Positions 56,853 to 64,000 of a stretch of 64,000 nt of DNA are shown piece by piece. How positions within the stretch are numbered: the stretch's first letter is position 1; every line of letters begins with the position of its first letter. The DNA is taken from positions 63,736 through 127,735 of the forward strand of contig ONDJ01000004.1 in assembly GCA_900316575.1 (NCBI GenBank), written 5' to 3'. Below the pieces are notes generated by a model. That model saw nothing but the letters and a program-made list of their open reading frames with translations. It was not told where the DNA came from and ran no database searches. Source of the DNA: an uncultured Prevotellaceae bacterium (GTDB taxonomy: Bacteria; Bacteroidota; Bacteroidia; Bacteroidales; Bacteroidaceae). Position numbers and translations under genes: made by a program.

Positions 56853-58013
56853 ATGCTGAAGTATCTGCTACTCTTCAAACGCGAGTTCCTGCGCATTGCC
56901 GCCCGCCCCGTCTATTGGTTCGTGATGGTCATTGCCCCGCTTGGCGTGTATGCCTTCTTCGTGCTCTTGATGCAGGCCGGTCTGCCAAGCAACTTGCCCG
57001 TGGGACTTGTTGACTTGGACCGCACAGCTACCACGCGCTCCATAGCCCGAAACCTCGAAGCCTTTCAGCGCACACACATCTCTCAGCAATACGCAGACAT
57101 TAGCGAAGCTCGCCGCGCCATGCAGCGTGGAGAAATTTACGCCTTTTTCCTCATCCCGAAAGACGCCACCTGCAAGGCCAATCGCCAAGAGCAAGCCACG
57201 GTTTCATTCTACGTAAACTATAGCTACCTCATCGCAGCGTCGTTGACTTACCAAGACCTGCGCATGATGTCGGAGCTGGCCAGCGGTGCCGCCGCGCGGA
57301 AGGTTCTCTTCGCAAAAGGAGCTACCGAAGACCAAGCCATGGGATATCTACAACCCATCGTGATGGACACGCACCCCATCAACAATCCGTGGCTGAACTA
57401 CAACGTGTATCTGAGCAACACGATCATTCCTGGTATGCTCCTACTGTTTGTTTCTTTGCTCACGGCCTACAGCATCGGCACAGAGATCAAGGACAACACC
57501 GCACGCGAGTGGTTGAAAATAGCAGGCGGGAGCATCACGCGCGCTTTGTGGGTGAAGTTGCTTCCTCAGTTCATCATCTTTTGGCTGATGGGTGCCATCT
57601 ATGTACTGCTCTTCTACGCCGTACTGCACTTCCCCTGCCATTGCGGTATCCCCACCATGCTCGGCGCAATGACCATGCTTGTTTTGGCTGGTCAGGGGCT
57701 CGGTGTATTGTTTTTCGAGATGGTGCCTTCGCTGCGCATGAGCATGAGCCTATGCGCGCTTTGGGGTGTTTTGAGCTTCAGCATGAGCGGTATGTCCTAT
57801 CCCGTGATGGCTATGCATCCTGCCGTGCAGGGGCTGAGTGTGCTTTTTCCTTTGCGCCACTACTTCCTCATCTATGTAAACTGCGCCCTCGATGGCTTCG
57901 CATGGTATTATGCCACGTGGAACATCCTTGCGCTCTATCTCTTTGCCGCAGCACCGCTGTTGCTCCTGCCACGGCTCAAATATAGCGTGCTTAACTACAA
58001 ATACGTGCCTTAA
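56853..58013 (+). CDS. ABC-2 type permease (YbhS/YhhJ-like)
   Basis: VGLVDLDRT..R, large periplasmic loop, NPWLNY, six C-terminal TMs. Confidence 0.88.
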   Translation: MLKYLLLFKREFLRIAARPVYWFVMVIAPLGVYAFFVLLMQAGLPSNLPVGLVDLDRTATTRSIARNLEAFQRTHISQQYADISEARRAMQRGEIYAFFLIPKDATCKANRQEQATVSFYVNYSYLIAASLTYQDLRMMSELASGAAARKVLFAKGATEDQAMGYLQPIVMDTHPINNPWLNYNVYLSNTIIPGMLLLFVSLLTAYSIGTEIKDNTAREWLKIAGGSITRALWVKLLPQFIIFWLMGAIYVLLFYAVLHFPCHCGIPTMLGAMTMLVLAGQGLGVLFFEMVPSLRMSMSLCALWGVLSFSMSGMSYPVMAMHPAVQGLSVLFPLRHYFLIYVNCALDGFAWYYATWNILALYLFAAAPLLLLPRLKYSVLNYKYVP

Positions 58014-58022
58014 CCTTCGCCC

Positions 58023-59303
58023 ATGTTGCGCCAGTACTATTCGTCCTATTGGAAAGAAAGTTTCCGCTCCTTCCTGTACATTTTCAACAGGGAGCTACGC
58101 AACGTGTTCAAAGACGAGGGCGTGGTGCTCTTCTTTATCATCGTTCCTATCTTCTACCCCATTCTGTATTCCCTCATCTACAACACAGAGACTATCCGCG
58201 AAGTCCCTGTGGCAGTAGTTGACATGAGCCGCACAGCCTTCAGTCGCGACTATCTGCGCCGCGTGAACGGAACACCCGACGTAAACATCGTGGCCTACTG
58301 TGCCAATATGGAAGAAGCTCGCGAAATGATACGCCGGCGCGAGGCATACGGCATCGTGTGTGTACCCAAAGAATTTACAGACAACCTCAACATGGGGCAG
58401 CAAGCGCGCGTCAGTCTCTTTATAGACATGAGCGGACTGCTCTACTACAAAGCCGTGCTCGTTGCCAACACCAACGTGTCGCTCGAACTCAATGCACAGA
58501 TAAAGGTGGAACGCGCGGGCAATACCACTGACGAGCAAGACAAAGTGACCATCTACCCCATCAGCTACGAAGAAGTAAACCTCTACAATCCACAAGGCGG
58601 CATGGCTTCGTTCCTCATTCCAGCCGTGCTCATCCTCATTCTGCAACAAACGCTGGTGCTCGGCGTAGGGCTCCTGGCAGGGACGGCGCGCGAGACCAAT
58701 CGTCTGCACGAACTCATTCCCGTAGAGAAAAGCCACCACGGATTGCTGCGCATTGTGTTTGGTAAGTCCACACTCTATCTGCTCATCTACATTGTGCAAA
58801 GCATCATTGCCCTCGGCGTTATACCCCGTATCTTTGGCCTGCCGCAGATAGGCAACCCCGTTACACTCGCATTCTTCCTTGCGCCATTCCTCTTGGCCAT
58901 TACGTTCTTTGCCATGACCATCAGCGCGCTCATACAAGAGCGCGAAAACGTTATTCTCATTATCGTCTTTGCCAGCATACCATTGCTCTTCCTCAGTGGC
59001 GTTTCGTGGCCAGCGACAGCCATGCCCCAGTGGCTCAAGTTTTTCTCCTATCTATTTCCAAGCACATTCGGCGTAAATGGCTTTGTGCACATCAACACGA
59101 TGGGCGCCGACCTGCTTGAAGTGCGCCGCGAATGGGATGCCCTGTGGTTGCAATCGGCTTTTTATTTCCTCACTTGCTGCCTCACGTTCCGCTACAAGAT
59201 AATTCGCGCTCGCAAACGCACCTACAAAGAACACCTCAAGAAACGTACCCGCCAGCGTGCACGGCGAAACACCTACAATCAGCTTCCTACACAAAATAGT
59301 TAG
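58023..59303 (+). CDS. ABC-2 type permease (YbhR-like)
   Basis: PVAVVDMSRT..SR, LYNPQGG, LFLSGVSWP. Confidence 0.88.
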   Translation: MLRQYYSSYWKESFRSFLYIFNRELRNVFKDEGVVLFFIIVPIFYPILYSLIYNTETIREVPVAVVDMSRTAFSRDYLRRVNGTPDVNIVAYCANMEEAREMIRRREAYGIVCVPKEFTDNLNMGQQARVSLFIDMSGLLYYKAVLVANTNVSLELNAQIKVERAGNTTDEQDKVTIYPISYEEVNLYNPQGGMASFLIPAVLILILQQTLVLGVGLLAGTARETNRLHELIPVEKSHHGLLRIVFGKSTLYLLIYIVQSIIALGVIPRIFGLPQIGNPVTLAFFLAPFLLAITFFAMTISALIQERENVILIIVFASIPLLFLSGVSWPATAMPQWLKFFSYLFPSTFGVNGFVHINTMGADLLEVRREWDALWLQSAFYFLTCCLTFRYKIIRARKRTYKEHLKKRTRQRARRNTYNQLPTQNS

Positions 59304-59395
59304 CGACACGCTTTTGCTTTACATCGCAATACATTATTTTTGCACGCACAAGAAGGAAACACAAAACTTTTTCACGATAACCTTAACCACAAACA

Positions 59396-60718
59396 ATGCA
59401 ACACCGCTATTTTCCCCACACGGAGGAAGACATCCAGCAAATGCTGGAGGTGATTGGCGTTAAGTCGCTTGACGACCTCTACGCTGAAGTGCCTGAAGAA
59501 CTGAAACTTGGGCGCGACCTCAATTTACCCGCAGGCAAGAGCGAAGCCGAGATACGTCGCAACTTCGCTGGTCTCTCGGATCAGAACAAACCGCTCGTTT
59601 GCTTCGCAGGAGCTGGTAGTTATGACCACTATACGCCAAGCCTCGTGCCCTACATAGCTTCGCGCTCGGAATTCTCTACGAGCTACACGCCTTACCAAGC
59701 CGAAATCTCACAGGGTACGCTGGCCTATATCTTTGAGTATCAAACGATGATTGCCCGTTTGACAGGGCTTGATGTTTCGAACGCATCAATGTACGACGGC
59801 ACTACGGCTACCGCTGAAGCCATGATGATGATGACCGCCGCTGCTCGCAAAAAGAATCGCGTATTACTCTCTGCCACACTCCCGCAGCGCGTGCTTGATG
59901 TTTGCCTGACCTATGCATCCTATCACGGTACTGATACCAGCATTGTTCCTGCAAGAGACGGTGTGACCGACCGCAAAGCCATTACCGAAATGCTTGCCGC
60001 AGGAGACGTGGCTGGGCTCATTGTTCCTCAACCTAACCGCTATGGCATTGTAGAAGACTTTACAGGCTTGGCAGACGAGCTTCATGCTCAGAAAGCCCTC
60101 CTTGCTATCAGTGGGCCAGCCAGCCCACTCGGTGTGCTTAAGTCGCCTGGCGCATGGGGTGCCGACATCGCCTGTGGCGATGCGCAAAGTCTGGGTATTC
60201 CCATGGGCTACGGCGGTCCGTACATTGGCTATTTCTGCGCTGCGAACGCCCTCATCCGCAAGATGCCAGGACGAATAGTAGGTCAGACCGAAGACAAAGA
60301 CGGTCGACGCGCCTTCGTCTTGACGATGCAAGCACGCGAGCAACATATTCGCCGCGAAAAAGCTACTTCAAACATTTGTACCGCGCAAGGCATGATGTGC
60401 CTCTATGTAGCAGCGTATCTCAGCTTGATGGGAGCTAAAGGCATGCAAGAAGTCAATGAAACTTCAGCCAAGGGAGCCCAATATCTCTGCAAAGCCCTTG
60501 TAGATAGCGGCAAGTTTGAACTTACCTATCAGCAACCATTCCTCAATGAATTCCGACTAACGTGCAAAGCCGCAAAGCCCGCCGACCTCATCCATCGCGC
60601 CGCTGAAGCAGGCTTCCTCGCAGGTGTGCAAGACGGCGAAGACGGCCTCATTCTTTGCGTAACGGAGCTGCGCACGAAAGAAGAAATGGACAAGCTCATT
60701 GAACTCCTTACAAAATAA
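59396..60718 (+). CDS. gcvPA: Glycine dehydrogenase subunit 1
   Basis: FAGAGSYDH, TSYTPYQAEISQG, NASMYDG, REQHIRREKATSNIC. Confidence 0.95.
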   Translation: MQHRYFPHTEEDIQQMLEVIGVKSLDDLYAEVPEELKLGRDLNLPAGKSEAEIRRNFAGLSDQNKPLVCFAGAGSYDHYTPSLVPYIASRSEFSTSYTPYQAEISQGTLAYIFEYQTMIARLTGLDVSNASMYDGTTATAEAMMMMTAAARKKNRVLLSATLPQRVLDVCLTYASYHGTDTSIVPARDGVTDRKAITEMLAAGDVAGLIVPQPNRYGIVEDFTGLADELHAQKALLAISGPASPLGVLKSPGAWGADIACGDAQSLGIPMGYGGPYIGYFCAANALIRKMPGRIVGQTEDKDGRRAFVLTMQAREQHIRREKATSNICTAQGMMCLYVAAYLSLMGAKGMQEVNETSAKGAQYLCKALVDSGKFELTYQQPFLNEFRLTCKAAKPADLIHRAAEAGFLAGVQDGEDGLILCVTELRTKEEMDKLIELLTK

Positions 60719-60786
60719 TTTGAGAACTCAAAACACTCAGATTACTCCGAATTACTCTGAAAACTCCGAAATAAAGCATCACCACC

Positions 60787-62265
60787 ATGAACAACAAACT
60801 ATATAGCAATCTCATATTTGAGCTGTCACGTCCAGGTCGCGTAGGCTACAGCCTACCGCCGTGCGAGGTAGAAGCCGAAGGGCTCGACAGCCTGCCCGCC
60901 GCAGTGCGCCGCGACGAAGCCCCACTCCTCCCCGAGGCCGACGAACAGACCGTGGCACGACACTACACCAATATGTCAAACAACAATTTTGGTGTTGACA
61001 CGGGTTTCTACCCCTTAGGCAGTTGTACGATGAAGTACAACCCCAAAATCAACGAAGAGATGGCCTCGCTGCCAACCTTCAACCAACTCCACCCCGCCCA
61101 ACCAGCCGACACCGTACAGGGTGCTCTGCGCCTCTATTGGGAAGAGCAGCAAATGCTTGCCGAAATAGCTGGGCTCTCTGAGTTTACGCTCAATCCCTAT
61201 GCAGGTGCTCACGGCGAACTGACGGGATTGATGACCATACGCGCCTACCATCGCAGTCGTGGCGACGAGAAGCGCACAAAGATCATCGTGCCCGACTCTG
61301 CCCACGGCACCAACCCCGCTTCAGCCGCCGTGTGCGGACTACAAATCGTGGAAGTGAAGTCAACGGCGCGTGGCACAGTTGACGTGGAAGACCTCAAGCC
61401 ATTGCTCGGCGATGACATAGCCGGCATGATGATGACAAACCCCAACACGTTGGGTATTTTTGAAACGGAAATTCCAGAAATAGCCCGCCTTGTACACGAA
61501 TGTGGCGGCCTAATGTACTACGACGGAGCAAACTTAAACCCGATGCTCGGTGTTTGTCGCCCTGGCGATATGGGCTTTGACGTGATGCACATCAACCTGC
61601 ACAAAACGTTCTCCACACCTCACGGCGGGGGCGGCCCTGGCGATGGTCCCATCGGTGTGCGAAAAGGCTTGGAACAGTTCTTGCCCGATCCGCACGTGGT
61701 GCGCCGCGAAGACGGCACCTTCGCCCTTGAATGTCGCGACGGTTCGCTGGGTAGCGTCAGCGCGTTCCTTGGTAACTACGGCATCATCGTCCGCGCCTAT
61801 GCTTATCTGCTTGCCTTGGGTAGCGACGGATTTAAGATGGCAGGCCGCTTGGCTACGCTCAACGCCAACTACATTAAGGAGCGTCTCAAGTCGCACTACC
61901 TCCTGCCCATTGAAGGGCTCTGCAAGCACGAGTTCGTCTTCGACGGTCTGCGCCCAGAGTATGGCGGCGACCACCACGACGACAGCCACGTCACAACTCT
62001 TGACGTGGCGAAGAGCCTGCTCGATCTCGGTTTCCACGCGCCAACGATCTACTTCCCACTACTCTTCCACGAAGCCCTGATGATAGAGCCCACGGAGACA
62101 GAGTCGAAAGACACGCTCGATGCTTTTATAGACGCGATGCTCTCCATTGCCGAACGAGCAAAAGTTGATCCCGAAAGCGTGAAAGCAGCTCCCCACCACA
62201 CGCCCATACGCCGTGCCGACGATGTCAAGGCGGTGAAAGACGCAATATTCACCTATAAAGACTAA
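60787..62265 (+). CDS. gcvPB: Glycine dehydrogenase subunit 2
   Basis: PLGSCTMKYNP, AHGTNPASA, NLHKTFSTPHGGGGPG PLP-lysine. Confidence 0.96.
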   Translation: MNNKLYSNLIFELSRPGRVGYSLPPCEVEAEGLDSLPAAVRRDEAPLLPEADEQTVARHYTNMSNNNFGVDTGFYPLGSCTMKYNPKINEEMASLPTFNQLHPAQPADTVQGALRLYWEEQQMLAEIAGLSEFTLNPYAGAHGELTGLMTIRAYHRSRGDEKRTKIIVPDSAHGTNPASAAVCGLQIVEVKSTARGTVDVEDLKPLLGDDIAGMMMTNPNTLGIFETEIPEIARLVHECGGLMYYDGANLNPMLGVCRPGDMGFDVMHINLHKTFSTPHGGGGPGDGPIGVRKGLEQFLPDPHVVRREDGTFALECRDGSLGSVSAFLGNYGIIVRAYAYLLALGSDGFKMAGRLATLNANYIKERLKSHYLLPIEGLCKHEFVFDGLRPEYGGDHHDDSHVTTLDVAKSLLDLGFHAPTIYFPLLFHEALMIEPTETESKDTLDAFIDAMLSIAERAKVDPESVKAAPHHTPIRRADDVKAVKDAIFTYKD

Positions 62266-62299
62266 TGCGGCTTCATATACATGAAATCATGACAAGCGA

Positions 62300-62333
62300 C
62301 AAAAGGGAATAGATAAACTAACGTTCCCTTTTG
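62300..62333 (+). terminator. Hairpin after gcvPB
   Basis: CAAAAGGGAA / TTCCCTTTTG followed by TGCTTTTT. Confidence 0.65.
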
Positions 62334-62355
62334 TGCTTTTTATAAAGCTTCTCCT

Positions 62356-62931
62356 ATGACCGAAAAAGAAAAAATGCTGTCAGGCGAGGTTTACTCAGCT
62401 ATAGACCCTGTTTTATTGAAAGAGTTGAAAGATGTGAAGGAGATACTTGCAAAGTACAACAAGCTACCACCTTCCGACTACGATGCTCAGCGTGCCATGT
62501 TGCGCAATTTGCTTGGCAGCATGGGCGACGACGAAGCCGTTATTATCCAACCTTTCTACTGCGACTATGGACGTCAAATCAGCATTGGACGACAGTTCTT
62601 TGCCAACTTCAACCTGACGATACTCGATGAAGCCCCAGTCTCTTTTGGCGATAATTGTTTTATTGGTCCAAATGTGAGCATTTATACAGCCTGCCACAGC
62701 ACCGATCCTATCGAAAGAAATACAAAGCGCGAATGGGCCCGCCCCGTAACTATCGGCGACAATGTGTGGATTGGAGGAAGTGTCACAATATTACCAAGTG
62801 TGACGATAGGTTCAGGAACAACGATTGGTGCTGGCTCTGTAGTCGTCAAGGACATACCCGATAATTGTGTGGCTGTTGGCAATCCCTGTCGCGTAGTTCG
62901 TTGGCTGACACCTCACTCTTCAAACGAATAG
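62356..62931 (+). CDS. Maltose/galactoside O-acetyltransferase family protein
   Basis: PFYCDYG, hexapeptide repeats, IGDNVWIGG, GAGSVV.KD. Confidence 0.92.
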   Translation: MTEKEKMLSGEVYSAIDPVLLKELKDVKEILAKYNKLPPSDYDAQRAMLRNLLGSMGDDEAVIIQPFYCDYGRQISIGRQFFANFNLTILDEAPVSFGDNCFIGPNVSIYTACHSTDPIERNTKREWARPVTIGDNVWIGGSVTILPSVTIGSGTTIGAGSVVVKDIPDNCVAVGNPCRVVRWLTPHSSNE

Positions 62932-62956
62932 AAGAAAAGCGCACAATTCTGTAAAG

Positions 62957-63262
62957 ATGAATAAGGTAAAGATCACTGTCATTCGCAAAACAGAATACCC
63001 AGACTTGATGGCTCTATACGAAAACCCTATTGAGCATACCTGCGATGTACGCGAAGGGCAACAGTGGATTAGTGAAGGTGGACAACGACCGAAAGGGATG
63101 TGTCCGTCTGCCTGGGAGTCAATGCGCGAATTTGTAGAAAGTCTGGCTCGCGGCGAAGGAAACTTCTTTGATGGCTGGATGCGAAATCCGATGAGTGCCA
63201 TGATAAGTTGCAATGACGGCTTCCGCCCCGTGAGTTTCTATCTTGAAGTGATTGAGGAATAA
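62957..63262 (+). CDS. TIGR04076-family small Cys protein
   Basis: CDV.EGQ, P.GMCPSAW, ISCNDGFRPVSF. Confidence 0.75.
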   Translation: MNKVKITVIRKTEYPDLMALYENPIEHTCDVREGQQWISEGGQRPKGMCPSAWESMREFVESLARGEGNFFDGWMRNPMSAMISCNDGFRPVSFYLEVIEE

Positions 63263-63276
63263 AGCTTCTTATCTTG

Positions 63277-63948
63277 ATGAAAGGTTTTCCTGAAATACAA
63301 TCTTGCCCACAACTTATAGCTTTCATAGGGCAAGTAGGCTTCCTGCCGCTGTTGGAAAGTGGCATTGACGGTTATAACGCAGAAGCCTTGATGGGTGAAG
63401 AATACCACTACACCAAGTTCACTGATGGTTCATGGGAATGGCCGCTGTGGGAATGGAAAGGCTCTTGCATTCGCGAAGGTAATTGCGTGTATGGAAAGTT
63501 TTTTGCCCACAAAGCAGGCTTTGTTAGCAGAACGTGGTGGCCAGACTTCTGCAACTGGCGACGAAGCCAAAATCCCCCACCCCTCTCCAATAGTATTGAA
63601 GACGCTATTCTGCAAACATTGCGTGAGCATGGTAGCATGATAGCGCGCGAGCTGCGTGCCGCTTGCGACATGACAGGCCCCAAAATGCGTAGCCGCTTCG
63701 ATAGTTATATAACCCGCTTACAGATGGCTTGTCGTATTGTAACCGAAGATTTTGTATATCCCATAGACAAACATGGCAGAGAGTACGGATTTGGTTGGTC
63801 GCTCCTCACTACTCCCGAAAAGCTCTATGGAACAGAAGCCTGCCAAAGTAGCTACTCACCCCTAGAATCCTTTAACCGCATGGTGCAACATCTTAAAAAA
63901 ACACTCCCAGAAGCTTCAGAACAACAAATCATTAAACTCATTAAGTAA
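63277..63948 (+). CDS. Conserved hypothetical, AlkZ-related/winged-helix-like protein
   Basis: GFLPLL, W.WK, YGKFF..KAGFVS, wHTH-like ARELRAAC...ITRLQM...DF. Confidence 0.5.
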   Translation: MKGFPEIQSCPQLIAFIGQVGFLPLLESGIDGYNAEALMGEEYHYTKFTDGSWEWPLWEWKGSCIREGNCVYGKFFAHKAGFVSRTWWPDFCNWRRSQNPPPLSNSIEDAILQTLREHGSMIARELRAACDMTGPKMRSRFDSYITRLQMACRIVTEDFVYPIDKHGREYGFGWSLLTTPEKLYGTEACQSSYSPLESFNRMVQHLKKTLPEASEQQIIKLIK

Positions 63949-63964
63949 ACATTCTACTCCAACT

Positions 63965-64000
63965 ATGAAATACGCTACATTAGGCAAAACCGACATTCGC
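63965..64000 (+). CDS. Probable aldo/keto reductase (first 12 codons only)
   Basis: MKYATLGKTDIR matches the usual AKR N-terminus. Confidence 0.55.
   Translation, partial: MKYATLGKTDIR

Noticed and set aside
60720-60775. Short ACTCnGAA-type micro-repeats between gcvPA and gcvPB (similar 8-mers at 20845-20880)
   Set aside because: Degenerate low-complexity spacer with no evidence of function
1-64000. tRNA, rRNA, integrase, transposase, reverse transcriptase or prophage genes
   Set aside because: No such motifs were seen on either strand or in the ORF track

Overview
This is a 64-kb chromosomal window from a Bacteroidales bacterium. It looks Prevotellaceae-like (possibly Alloprevotella-like; this is inferred from gene families, TAnnTTTG promoters and A-rich leaders without a Shine-Dalgarno site). 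Most of it is housekeeping DNA: dxs-trkA-trkH, ftsY-rimO, queC-queF with a preQ1-I-like riboswitch, thrA, purM, serC-serA-DUF1015, dedA-mazG-menF-menD-menB, a dTDP-aminosugar/GT2/rfbA cluster, gcvH and a split gcvPA/gcvPB, and a TolC-HlyD-two-permease operon. Host-glycan and protein degraders are also present (GH31 alpha-GalNAcase-like, M64 peptidase, GHL10, YhcH). I saw no tRNA, rRNA, CRISPR array, integrase, transposase or reverse transcriptase. The unexplained structure is mostly non-coding. (i) Five arrays of unrelated sequence share a 21-23 bp period; four switch from direct to inverted or self-palindromic copies, and four lie next to HU-fold genes. (ii) An accessory islet at about 22-25.5 kb carries a DUF6922-like/AbiEii-like toxin-antitoxin pair, an approximately 200-nt rod-like leader RNA, an HU-like gene, an IR-bounded array and an AT-rich surface lipoprotein. 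(iii) A promoter-to-terminator non-coding unit of about 670 nt sits at 6 kb. (iv) There are dispersed REP-like and 11-bp-arm hairpin families. Two membrane-anchored HU-fold proteins with peptidoglycan-binding ends (LysM-like, SPOR-like) and the DUF1015 protein in the serine operon are the most interesting protein-level leads. Several ORF-track starts were shortened to the more plausible downstream ATG. Family assignments come from motif recognition only; no database was searched.
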